From an uncultured Chloroflexia bacterium (GTDB lineage: Bacteria; Chloroflexota; Limnocylindria; Limnocylindrales; CSP1-4): a stretch of DNA of 64,000 nt. Under the pieces are notes generated by a model. It made no database searches. It was given only the letters and a program-made list of their open reading frames with translations, and was not told where the DNA came from. The translations under genes were made by a program, and so were the position numbers. Position 1 is the first letter of the stretch. Every line of letters begins with the position of its first letter. This document shows, piece after piece, positions 39,735-49,378 of the stretch. The stretch is taken from contig CAVUCC010000011.1 in NCBI GenBank assembly GCA_963739885.1, positions 321,760 to 385,759 on the forward strand, in the 5' to 3' direction.

Positions 39735-41132
39735 TCACACGGCGACCGCGGCCGGCAGCGCGAGCACGAAGCACGCCCCCCCCGCCGGAGCTGGCTCGCA
39801 CCACAGCCGGGCCCCCATGGATTCGGCCAGCCGCCGGGCTGCGTACAGGCCGATGCCCGATCCGCGCGCGGTCGAGGTCTCGTGCCGCGCATAGGGTTCG
39901 AAGATCCGATCGCGCCACTCGGGCGGAATGCCGGGCCCCTCGTCGATCACCGCCAGCCGGACGATACCCTCCACCAGGGCCCAATCGATCTCGACCTTCG
40001 TGTCGGGTGGCGCGTACTTGACCGCGTTCTCGAGCAGATGCTCGAGCACCTGTCGGAGCCGGGACCGGTCCGTCATCACGTGCAACGACCGCGACCCGAC
40101 CACGGCCGTCCGATGGCGATGGAGCATCGGCTCGAGCGCATCGAGCAACTCCGCCATGATCGCCCGGAGGTCGATCGTCTCGAGCTCCGGCGGCTGGTCC
40201 GGCACGATCCTGACCGAGTCGAGGATCGAGTCCACGAGGCGATCCAGGCGCTCGATCTGCTCGAGCGTCCCATCGTGCCAGGAGGCCCGCGTCGCCCGCC
40301 GCCGCGGGTCCCGCGAGGAGCGGCCCACCAGCGGCGGCTCCTCGGCCAGCAGGTCCGTATAGGCGCGGACCACGGCGAGCGGCGTCCGAAGCTCGTGGGT
40401 GACCAGCGCGATCAGCTCGTTGCGCGCCTGGTCGAGCGCCTTGAGCCGCGCCACCTGCACCTCGGCCTCGCGCTGCAGCCGGCCCTTCTCGACGACGCCT
40501 GCCAGCAGGTCCGCGATGGCGGACAGCTGGGCCACGTCGGCCGGGTTGAACTCCCGGCGCCGCTCGGTCTGCACGTTGAGCACGCCCACGACCTGATCGT
40601 GCCAGGTGAGGGGGACCGACAGCATCGAGGCGACGAACCGCCGCTGGTCGATGCCGCGCACCCACAGGAACCGCGGATCCGCCCGGACGTCGGGGATGGC
40701 CATGGCTTCGCGGGTCGCCGCCACGTGCCCGGTGATCCCCTCCCCGTACGGGACCACGGCCCGCCCGATCTGGTACCGGTCGAGGCCGTTGGTGGCCGCC
40801 AGGGTCAGCCGGCTACCGTCCCGGTCGAGCAGGTACAGCGAGGACACGCTGGCGCCGAGCGAATCGCGCGTGCCGTCGACCACGGTCTCGAGCAGCTCTT
40901 CCCAGGTTCGGGCGGTCGTGACCAGGCGCAGCAGCTCGTGAAGGAAGCGGAGCTCGGCGACGGGATCGCGATCGTGTGCCGGAGCCGGTCGTCCGTTCGA
41001 GCCTGTCGCCGGGTCGGTCGAGGCGGAGGCGGCCCCAGCCGACGGCCCTGCGTTGGACACGGCCCCGGAGGCCGGAGCCCCGGCTGCGTCCGGGGGGCCG
41101 CTCGCATGCTCGTGCGTCGCCATCGTGACCAC
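39735..41132 (-). CDS. GAF-domain sensor histidine kinase
   Basis: GAF-like N-terminal half, H-box LVTHELRTPLAVV, LENAVKYAPP, DEGPGIPPE and GSGIGLYAARRL. It lies upstream of the response regulator. Confidence 0.85.
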   Translation of the reverse strand: MVTMATHEHASGPPDAAGAPASGAVSNAGPSAGAASASTDPATGSNGRPAPAHDRDPVAELRFLHELLRLVTTARTWEELLETVVDGTRDSLGASVSSLYLLDRDGSRLTLAATNGLDRYQIGRAVVPYGEGITGHVAATREAMAIPDVRADPRFLWVRGIDQRRFVASMLSVPLTWHDQVVGVLNVQTERRREFNPADVAQLSAIADLLAGVVEKGRLQREAEVQVARLKALDQARNELIALVTHELRTPLAVVRAYTDLLAEEPPLVGRSSRDPRRRATRASWHDGTLEQIERLDRLVDSILDSVRIVPDQPPELETIDLRAIMAELLDALEPMLHRHRTAVVGSRSLHVMTDRSRLRQVLEHLLENAVKYAPPDTKVEIDWALVEGIVRLAVIDEGPGIPPEWRDRIFEPYARHETSTARGSGIGLYAARRLAESMGARLWCEPAPAGGACFVLALPAAVAV

Positions 41133-41258
41133 GATACAAGCCTAGGCGCTGCTGTAACCGAGATCGGTTGCGGACGGGTACCGGCACGGTGCCCTTGCAG
41201 TCCAACCGAAACCCACGCCGACTGGCGGTCGTGGCGACCGTTCCGCCATCCTTAGCCC

Positions 41259-44200
41259 ATGGCCAACCGTGCTGCCCGACCCGGTCGGAGATGGTCCCCG
41301 GCGTGGAGGGCCCGGTTCCCGGCGGTCGCCGCCGAGCCGCCGGGTCCCGGGTTCGGCCGTGCCCGCGACCCACTGGCCCGCGAGGTCCGGCTGCTGGGCG
41401 CGCTCCTGGGCCAGGTCATCGCCGAGCAGGCCGGCCCGGAGCTGTTCACGCTCGTGGAGCGGATCCGGCGGGGCACGATCTCGATCCGACGCAGTGGTCC
41501 GGATGCCGCGGTAAAGCCCGACGTCGCGCGCCAGCGGCTCAGCGAGGAGATCGCGCGCCTTGAGCTCGCCGACAGCGCGGCGGTCGCCCGGGCGTTCACG
41601 CTCTACTTCCAGCTGGTCAACCTGGCCGAGGAGCACCAGCGGATCCGAATGCTCCGGATGCGCGCCCGCCGTGCGCGCGGGCGGCCCATCGACGACTCGG
41701 TCAACCAGGCGGTCGACCGCCTGGTCCCCGAGCTCGCCGCAACCGGCATCGAGCGCACGATCGAGCGCACCATCGTCCATCCGGTCCTCACTGCCCACCC
41801 GACCGAGGCCCGTCGACGGACGCTGCTGTTCGCGCTGCGACGCGTGCATCGCCTCCTCGACGCGCTCGACGATCCCCGGGTCACGCCCGACGAGGACGCG
41901 GATCTGCGGCGCCGCCTCCGCGAGGAGATCACGATCCTGTGGCACATCGGCGACGTGCGTTCGGTGGCGCCGACGCCGCTGGATGAGGTCCGGTCCGCGA
42001 TGGCCATCTTCGACGAGACGCTGTTCACGGTCGTCGCCCGCTTCCAGCGAGCCCTCGACCGGGCGATCGACCGGGCGCATGGCGGTGTGGTCGGTCGGGC
42101 CGGCGAGCCGGTGATCGACGAGGTGGGCGGTGCCGCCCGCGGGACCCATGGGGCGATCAGCGGGGTCGACGGCGACGCGATCGACGAGGCCGAGGACGGT
42201 CTGCCCGGGCAGCATTCGGCGATACGCTCAGGGTTGCCGGCCTTTGCGACAGACGCCGGCCTGACCGGCACGCGAGCTCCGGTCGCACCGTCGGTGCTCA
42301 GGTTCGGATCCTGGATCGGCGCGGACCGCGACGGCCACCCCGGCGTGACCGCTGACGTCACGCTGGATGCGGCCCGGCTCCAGGCCGATCACCTGTTGCA
42401 CGGCTACGAGGCCGTCGCGTCGCGGTTGATGCAGGCCGTGGCGGCCAGGGTCGAGCCCGGCCGTGTGGATCGGGTGCTGGGCGGCGCCCTGGCCCGCGAC
42501 GCTGAGGAGCTTCCCGACACGATGCGCCGGCTCCGGCGCCGCTTCCCCGACGAGCCGTATCGCCAGCGGCTGGGCGCGATCGCCGAGCGACTCCGCCGAA
42601 CGCGGGCATCGCTCATCGGCGCCACCGCGCCGCGGACCGGCGGCTACCGGGACGCCGCTGCGCTGGACTCTGAGCTCGCGGCGCTCCAGCGTGCCCTGAT
42701 CGAGGACGGTCTGGGCCGGGTGGCGCACGGCGAGCTGACCGACCTTCGCTGGCAGCTCGCGACGTTCGGGTTCCATCTCGCCTCGCTCGAGGTCCGCCAG
42801 CATGCCGAGGTCCATCGAGCGGCCATCGCCGCGATCCGGTCGGGAGCCGGCCCGGAGACCGAGGTTGCACCCGGGGTCACGCTGGCCGAGGTGCTCGCGA
42901 CGTTCCGCGCGATCGCGCGTATCCAGGATCGGTTCGGGATCGAGGCCTGCCGCCGTTACGTGATCTCGTTCACCTCCACGCTGGAGGACGTAACCACGGT
43001 CCTCGAGCTCGCCCGCCTGGCGGGGCAGGCGCGACCATTCGGGCAGCCGGTGCCTGGGCTTGCCGACCTGCCCCCCGCCTCGCCGATCCTGGACGTGGTT
43101 CCGTTGCTCGAGTCCGCCGACGCCCTCGCGGCGGCGTCAGACCTGTTCGAGGCCCTGCTTGCCGATCCCGGCTACCGGACGCACCTGCGGGATCGCGGCG
43201 ACGCGCAGGAGATCATGCTCGGCTACTCGGATTCGTCCAAGGAGAGCGGCTTCCTGGCCGCGAACTGGCAGCTGTTCGGGGCTCAGGAGGCGCTGGTCGC
43301 AGTCGCTCGACGCCATGGCGTGACGCTGACCCTGTTCCATGGACGGGGCGGCGCCATCGGCCGCGGCGGAGGACCGGCCAGACGGGCCATCCTGGCCCAG
43401 GCTCCCGGCACCGTCGACGGACGGCTCAAGTTCACCGAGCAGGGCGAGGTGATCGCCGCCCACTTCAGCGACGTGACGATCGCGCAGCGCCACCTGGAGC
43501 AGGTCACGGCAGCCGTCCTGCTCGCCTCGTCACCCGGGCACGAACGGGCCACGACCGCTGCTGCTGCCTCCGGCAGGGCCACCATGACCGAGCTCACCGC
43601 GATCTCGCGCACCGCCTACCGCGCGCTCGTGGAACGGGCGGAGTTCGCGACCTTCTTCCGCACGGTCACGCCGATCGACATGATCGCCGGGCTCGGCCTG
43701 GGCTCACGACCGGCGTCACGGCCCGGGGCGCGGCCAGGATCCGTGGGCGTTGCCGGTGACGACGGCGCGACCGCGGCCTCGGGTTCGGGTTCGGGTTCGG
43801 GTTCGGGTTCGGGTTCCGGTTCCGGTTCCGGTTCCGGTTCCGGGATGCAGGGTGAAGCGGGGGGCGACGTGATCCAGGCGCTGCGCGCGATCCCGTGGGT
43901 GTTCGCCTGGTCCCAGGCACGCGCCAACCTGCCCGGATGGTACGGCATGGGTACCGCCCTCGAGGCGGTGACGGCCCGCGGCGGGCGCCAGATCGTCGAG
44001 CACCTGGCAGCGCTGTACGAGCAGTGGCCGTTCTTCGCGTCCGTGCTCGACAACGCCGAGCTTTCGCTCGCCAAGACCGACATGGGGATCTTCCGGCGGT
44101 ACGCCGACCTTGCCGGAGGCGCCGACGCGATCGCCATCCGGGGGATGATCGAGGCGGAGTACGCTCGATCGGTCCGGTTGCTGCTGCTGATCACGGGCCG

Positions 44201-44405
44201 TGACCGCCTGCTGGCGGGGCACCCAACGCTGTCGCGAGCGATCGAGCTCCGGAACCCGTATGTGGATGCCTTGTCGTTGATCCAGGTGGAGCTGCTGGGC
44301 CGGCTGCGCGCTTCGGACCTGCCGTCGACCGAGGCCGCAGCGATCCGGGGCGTGATCGGAATGACGATCAACGGGATTGCGGCCGGGCTCCAGAACACCG
44401 GCTGA
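41259..44405 (+). CDS. ppc: phosphoenolpyruvate carboxylase
   Basis: VLTAHPTEARRRT, GYSDSSKESGFLAANW, FHGRGGAIGRGGGP, LRAIPWVFAWSQ and the C-terminal GLQNTG. Confidence 0.9.
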   Translation: MANRAARPGRRWSPAWRARFPAVAAEPPGPGFGRARDPLAREVRLLGALLGQVIAEQAGPELFTLVERIRRGTISIRRSGPDAAVKPDVARQRLSEEIARLELADSAAVARAFTLYFQLVNLAEEHQRIRMLRMRARRARGRPIDDSVNQAVDRLVPELAATGIERTIERTIVHPVLTAHPTEARRRTLLFALRRVHRLLDALDDPRVTPDEDADLRRRLREEITILWHIGDVRSVAPTPLDEVRSAMAIFDETLFTVVARFQRALDRAIDRAHGGVVGRAGEPVIDEVGGAARGTHGAISGVDGDAIDEAEDGLPGQHSAIRSGLPAFATDAGLTGTRAPVAPSVLRFGSWIGADRDGHPGVTADVTLDAARLQADHLLHGYEAVASRLMQAVAARVEPGRVDRVLGGALARDAEELPDTMRRLRRRFPDEPYRQRLGAIAERLRRTRASLIGATAPRTGGYRDAAALDSELAALQRALIEDGLGRVAHGELTDLRWQLATFGFHLASLEVRQHAEVHRAAIAAIRSGAGPETEVAPGVTLAEVLATFRAIARIQDRFGIEACRRYVISFTSTLEDVTTVLELARLAGQARPFGQPVPGLADLPPASPILDVVPLLESADALAAASDLFEALLADPGYRTHLRDRGDAQEIMLGYSDSSKESGFLAANWQLFGAQEALVAVARRHGVTLTLFHGRGGAIGRGGGPARRAILAQAPGTVDGRLKFTEQGEVIAAHFSDVTIAQRHLEQVTAAVLLASSPGHERATTAAAASGRATMTELTAISRTAYRALVERAEFATFFRTVTPIDMIAGLGLGSRPASRPGARPGSVGVAGDDGATAASGSGSGSGSGSGSGSGSGSGSGMQGEAGGDVIQALRAIPWVFAWSQARANLPGWYGMGTALEAVTARGGRQIVEHLAALYEQWPFFASVLDNAELSLAKTDMGIFRRYADLAGGADAIAIRGMIEAEYARSVRLLLLITGRDRLLAGHPTLSRAIELRNPYVDALSLIQVELLGRLRASDLPSTEAAAIRGVIGMTINGIAAGLQNTG
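43779..43844 (+). repeat. hexanucleotide microsatellite (TCGGGT)6(TCCGGT)4TCCGGG encoding (Ser-Gly)11 inside ppc
   Basis: It was read directly. It sits in the low-complexity insert just before the conserved LRAIPWVFAWSQ motif. Confidence 0.95.
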
Positions 44406-44458
44406 GCCGGCATCGGCCGCTGATCAGGGAACCCCGGCTGAAGGTGGGAGGCGACACG

Positions 44459-45577
44459 ATGCGCGAGATCGAGGCGGCCGTGATCGAACGGGCGGGGGTG
44501 CCCTCGGTCATCGAGCGTCTGCGGCTCCACGAACCGCATCCGGGCGAGGTGCTGGTGCGGATGACCGCGTCCGGGGTGTGCCATTCGGACCTCCACGTCC
44601 GCGATGGCGACTGGCAGCGTCCGGGACCGATCGTGATGGGCCACGAGGGCGCCGGCGTGGTCGAGGCCGTGGGCGTCGGGATCGACCCGCAGCTCGTGGG
44701 GCGGTCCGTCGCGCTGTCCTGGTACGCCCCGTGCCTGCGCTGCCGGGAGTGCCAGCGTGGCCGCCAGTGGCTGTGCACCGGGTCGCCGTCATTGCGCCAC
44801 AGCCAGGCCGACGGGACGACGCGGCTGTCCCGGCCCGACAGCTCGCCCGTCCTTGCGTACCTGGCCATCGGCACGATGGCGACGGCGCAGGTCGTGCCGG
44901 CATCGGCCGTCGTCCCCCTCCCTGACGGGGTGCCGCCGGAGGTCGCCGCCCTGATCGGCTGCGCCGTCTCGACCGGCGTCGGCGCGGTTGTGAACACGGC
45001 CGCGGTCCCGCCTGGCTCGACCGTCGCGGTCATCGGCCTGGGCGGCGTGGGCCTGTCATGCGTGATGGGCGCCTTGCTCGCCGGCGCACGGCGGATCATC
45101 GCGGTCGATGTGAGCCGGGCGAAGATCGATCTCGCCGGCGCGCTCGGCGCCACCCATCGGGTCCAGGTCGATCCCACCAATCCGGCCGAAGGGATCGACG
45201 CGATCCGGGTCGCCGCCGGGGACGGAGGCCCGGACTTCGTGTTCGAGGCGATCGGGCTGCCGAGCACGATCGACATGGCGATCACGACGCTCCCGCCGGG
45301 CGGCACGGCCGTGCTGGTCGGGTTGACGCGGTTCGGGGAGCGGGCGACCTTCGAGGTCTTCCCGTTCGTCGACGGCGGCCGGCGGATCATCGGCTCGAAC
45401 TATGGGTCGGCCGTCGCGGCCATCGACTTCCCCCGTTACGCGGAGGCGTTCCTGGCAGGGCGCCTGCCGATCGATCGCCTGATCGACCGGCGCATCGCCC
45501 TGGGCGACCTCGAGGCCGCGTTCGACCACCTTCGCGCCGGTGACGTGGCCCGCCAGGTGATCGTGTTCGACGGATAG
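44459..45577 (+). CDS. zinc-dependent alcohol dehydrogenase (class III / mycothiol-dependent formaldehyde dehydrogenase-like)
   Basis: GVCHSDLH, GHEGAGVVEAVG, the structural-zinc cluster CLRCRECQRGRQWLC and the Rossmann motif VIGLGGVG. Confidence 0.8.
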   Translation: MREIEAAVIERAGVPSVIERLRLHEPHPGEVLVRMTASGVCHSDLHVRDGDWQRPGPIVMGHEGAGVVEAVGVGIDPQLVGRSVALSWYAPCLRCRECQRGRQWLCTGSPSLRHSQADGTTRLSRPDSSPVLAYLAIGTMATAQVVPASAVVPLPDGVPPEVAALIGCAVSTGVGAVVNTAAVPPGSTVAVIGLGGVGLSCVMGALLAGARRIIAVDVSRAKIDLAGALGATHRVQVDPTNPAEGIDAIRVAAGDGGPDFVFEAIGLPSTIDMAITTLPPGGTAVLVGLTRFGERATFEVFPFVDGGRRIIGSNYGSAVAAIDFPRYAEAFLAGRLPIDRLIDRRIALGDLEAAFDHLRAGDVARQVIVFDG

Positions 45578-45766
45578 GGCCCGAGCCTCCGTCATCGGAC
45601 GCCCGCGAAGGCGTGATGTGCGGTGGACGTGAGGCCCCGTGAACGCGCCGCGGCGTGGCATGACGCTGCCCTGAGGCGACTGCCCGGCGTTGACGCCCTA
45701 CTACCTCGGGCGCCGCCCAGCCCTGCCCGGAACGCCGTGCCCCAGCCCCTGCCCCACGCCCACCGG

Positions 45767-46478
45767 TCAGCGAACGCTCGTGACAGCGGCATCGGGCGCG
45801 GCGACGAACATGATCCCGGCGACCGGATGCCCTCGATCCACGAGCGCGCCGCAGGCTCACCCCGCGGTCCGGGTACGCGCGCCGAAACGTCACGGCGTGT
45901 TCGGCGACCCGGCGCCTGGCCGTCGTCGTGGCCGGCACGACCAGCAGCTTCGACACCAGCGCCGGCGCGAAGCCGAACCGCTCATGGACGACCTCGCGCG
46001 CGAGGCGCACCTTGACGTCGTGACGCCGGAGCGTGTCCTCGACGCCGTAGATCGCGCTCTTGACCTCGGTCACCACCGCCGCGGCGGCTGCCTGATCGAC
46101 CGCCAGCAGGTCGATCGACCCGCGCTCGCCGTATCGCGAGAAGGACACCTCGGGATGCACACTCCAGCCGGCCTGCTCGAGGCGTTCGGCCGTGCGTTCC
46201 ACGAGCCGGGCATGCAGCCGGTCGGTCAAGCGGTCGATCTCGCCGCCACGCCACCGGACCTGCAGGATGAGCTCGCCGCCGACGGCGTCGAACAGCCGAC
46301 CGAGGGTCGCGAGCGACGCCGCACCGAGCAGCCCACGCTCGAGCCTCGACACCACGCTCTGGCTGACGCTCACGCGTCTGCCCAGGTCCCGCTGGCGCAG
46401 CCTGGCCCGCAGCCGGAGCGCCCTGAGGTTACGGCCGATCGCGACCGGGGTCATCGATCCGATTGTGGCGGGCGTCAC
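45767..46478 (-). pseudogene. XRE-family HTH protein fused to a PD-(D/E)XK-like domain, C-terminus in a second frame
   Basis: The HTH is IGRNLRALRLRARLRQRDLGRRVSVSQSVVSRLERG. GSIDLLAV...VVTEVKS is a D...E-x-K nuclease-fold motif. After ...YPDRGVSLRR (about 45838-45855) the sensible continuation LVDRGHPVAGIMFVAAPDAAVTSVR* lies in another frame and stops at 45767. The in-frame ORF instead runs on to 45387, into the ADH gene. Confidence 0.55.
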
Positions 46479-46612
46479 TCATCCGGGGCTTACGCTGCCC
46501 ACGGCCGAGCCGGTCCTGACGGTGCCGGCGATACGCCTCGGCAATGCGCCCGGTGCCGCCGGTGGCGCCGGTGGCGGCGGCGCGACGCTGAGCCAGACCA
46601 GCTGCTGCGCCG

Positions 46613-46645
46613 GACCGACGTGGCGCCAGGACCGACGTGGCGCCA
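46613..46645. repeat. tandem direct repeat, 17-nt period x2, each unit containing the palindrome TGGCGCCA
   Basis: GACCGACGTGGCGCCA-g-GACCGACGTGGCGCCA lies in the ~0.5 kb non-coding gap between the XRE start and the ndh stop. Confidence 0.85.
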
Positions 46646-46991
46646 CATATGCCCGATAGCGAATGAGCGGCAGCCCGACTCCCGCTGCGGAAGCTGCACC
46701 AGGGCTATCAAGCCGGACCCTTGCGCCCGGACACACCACCCATGACCGTGGGGTTCTGGATGGCATGAACCGGCATCAGCCCCGACGCCGGACAGACGTC
46801 GGGGGTCATATCTGGGGCGTGGCGAGTGGCGGCAGTGGATGGTTGCGGTGCGAGGGGCAGCGCGGAGTGGTGGCCGAAGGCGGCTGGCTGTGCACCCAAG
46901 GTCCGCGTTTCGGGACCATCGGCGGCGTGACCGTCCCTGCCCCCGACCCACGGGCGCGGGGGCGCGGAGGCGCGGAGGCGCGGCTCGACTG

Positions 46992-48365
46992 TCAGGCCGG
47001 CGTCTCGGGCGTCTCGGGCGGCTCGGGCGTCTCGATCGGGGGGATCAGCGGGGACCCGGTGATCAGCCGGGTGGATCGGCCGCGGGTCAGGAACGACCAG
47101 GCCCAGCGCACCGACACCACGATCCGGTTCGCGAACCCGATCAGATACACGATGTGGATGCCGAGCCACAGCAGCCAGGCGGCGAAGCCGCTCTGCCGCC
47201 CGAACGGGCCCATCCACGGGATGTCCGTCACCCCGGCCAGCCTCCCGATCACCGCGACATCGCCCCGATTGCTGTAGCGGAACGGGGGCACGGGCCCTCC
47301 CCGCAGTCGGTGAAGCACCGCTCTCGCCCGCGTATCGACCGCCCTGGATCCCACCCTGGGCGACGCCGGGGACGGGCCGATCCCGCTTCCAGGGCTGGAT
47401 CGCCGCGTCGCCGATCACGAAGATCTCCGGGTGTCCGGAGATGGTCAGGTCGGGGAGCACGCGGATCCGGCCGCTGCGATCGGTCTCGGCGCCGGTGGCC
47501 TCGGCGACCTTGCGTCCGAATGACGCGGCGAGCACACCCGCGGCCCACAGGACCGTGCGCGTCCGGATCTCCTCCTGGCCACCCGAGCCCGTGTCCACGT
47601 GCACGCTCCGGTCGTCGATTCCCACGACGCGAGTCCCGGTGCGTACGGTGACACCGAGGCGCCGGAGCTGGCGTCGAGCCGATGCCGAGCGGTCCGGTGG
47701 ATACGTTGGCAGGATCCGGTCGAGCGCCTCGATCAGGTCGATCCTGGCGTCCTGGGACCGGATCGAGCGGAAGTCGGACCTGAGCGTGTCGTTCGCGATC
47801 TCGCCCAGGGCCCCCGCGAGCTCGACGCCGGTGGGGCCACCGCCCACGATCACGAACGTCATCCATGCTCGACGCAGCTCCGGGTCGGCCTCGCGCTCGG
47901 CGGCTTCGAACGCGATCAGGATCCGGCGCCGCATCGCGATCGCGTCGTCGATGGTCTTGAGCCCCTGCGCATAGGGCGCCCATTCGTCGTGGCCGAAGTA
48001 GGAGTGGTGGGCGCCCGTGGCGACGATCAGCGTGTCGTACGGGATTGGGGCGCCATCGGACAGCTCGACCTCGCGCACGCTGCGATGTCGAGCCCGACGG
48101 CCTCCCCGAGCAGGACACGGGTGTTCCGCTGGCGACGGAAGATCGAGCGCAGCGGCTGGGCGATCTCACCCGGCGACAGGGCGCCGGTGGCGACCTGATA
48201 CAGCAGCGGCTGGAACAGGTGATGGTTGCGTCGGTCAATGAGGGTGACGTCCACCTCGCGGCCTCCCCTGGCCAGCGCGCGGGTCGCGTACAGGCCGCCG
48301 AAGCCGCCGCCGATCACGACCACCCGATGCGGGCCGGGAGCAGACGACCGGGGACGCACAGCCAT
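46992..48365 (-). pseudogene. ndh: type II NADH dehydrogenase (NDH-2) spread over three reading frames
   Basis: The N-terminus [17 protein letters not shown]...[14 protein letters not shown]...[11 protein letters not shown] is in ORF 48027..48365. The middle [22 protein letters not shown]...FVIVGGGPTGVELAG...IFVIGDAA...PGVAQGGIQGGRYA is in ORF 46708..48078. The C-terminus PFRYSNRGDVAVIGR...FAAWLLWLGIHIVYLIGFANR is in ORF 46992..47354. Switches are at about 48074-48086 and about 47315-47335. Confidence 0.75.
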
Positions 48366-48441
48366 GCGCCGCCATCGTACCGCCCTGCGCCGTGCATGCC
48401 GCGCCCGGGAGCCGCGATCAGGCGGGTCGCCCCTTCACGCT

Positions 48442-49376
48442 TCAGGGAACCGTCACCGACCGGGGGGCGAGCACGCCGCGATCGTCGCCCACCGCGTCCA
48501 GCAGGATCTGGTAGCTCATCCCCGAGGTCAGGCACCCGACGCTCACGTCACCCGCCGGAGCGGGGCCGCTCGCCTCGAGCACGCCGTCGAGCGTCACCCC
48601 GTCGCTGCCCTTGCCGGTCTCGGACGGGAACGCCCGGACGAGGACCCCGGTGGCGGTGATCCCGGTCAGCTGGTAGGTGACCTCGGCCCGCATGCAGGTC
48701 GCCGGCGGCGGGGCGCGCCGCCGAGATCGAGGCAGTACTGCATGCCGCCGAACCGCGCCCGCTCGACGCAGGACGCACCGCCAAGCGAGTCGATCGGGAT
48801 CATCGGCTGCGCGAACGCTCCCTGCGCCAGGTGCAGGTACGGCGAGATGCCCGTGCCAAGCTCGATGTGCGGCGAGGCCACCGAAGACAGCGAGACGTCG
48901 AACTGCGAGACGCCGTCCCCGGTCGTGAACGAGCCGATCGGGCTGGAGCCGGCGGACAGGCCGCTGCCGGCAACCGCCTGGAACTGGTAGGTGGTCCCCG
49001 CCCGAACTTCGAGGCTCGCCACCAGCACCGTGGTCGCCCAGCAGGTCCAGCGAGGTCATCGACGAGGAGGTCCTGACCGATGCCGGAGCTCGGCTCCCGA
49101 CTCCCAGAACCGAACGTCCGCAGGCGCCGGGTGAGATCGACGGTGAACCCCACCATCGCGACGTCCGGGCGATCGGAATCAACGAACAGGACGTTGACCT
49201 TCGGCCCGGGCGCCAGCTGCATCAGCGGGGGCGTGCCGAGGTTGAACACGGCCTCGATCCCCGGTCGGGACAGCCGGCAGGTGGCGGGTGGAACAGGCAC
49301 ACGTCGATGACCGGCGTCAGGACCACGCCACCCAGAGGCTCTTGCTCACCGGCGGCGAGGCGGGGACCAGCTGCAC
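48442..49376 (-). pseudogene. beta-rich secreted-protein coding region fragmented over at least three frames
   Basis: Protein-like segments are CRLSRPGIEAVFNLGTPPLMQLAPGPKVNVLFVDSDRPDVAMVGFTVDL (ORF 48800..49300), VASLEVRAGTTYQFQAVAGSGLSAGSSPIGSFTTGDGVSQFDVSL...FGGMQYCLDLGG (ORF 48666..49028) and PPPATCMRAEVTYQLTGITATGVLVRAFPSETGKGSDGVTLDG... (ORF 48442..49182). It may be the continuation of the upstream gene. Confidence 0.45.
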
Positions 49377-49378
49377 CG

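Noticed and set aside
43779-43844. Regular short repeats as a possible CRISPR array
   Set aside because: The unit is 6 nt with no spacers, and the tract is in frame within ppc. It is a coding microsatellite, not a CRISPR array.
45387-45766. C-terminal 125 aa of ORF 45387..46478 (the XRE gene), which runs 190 nt into the convergent ADH gene
   Set aside because: The composition becomes Arg/Gly-rich nonsense after ~45850. An alternative frame gives a sensible, family-typical ending with a stop at 45767.
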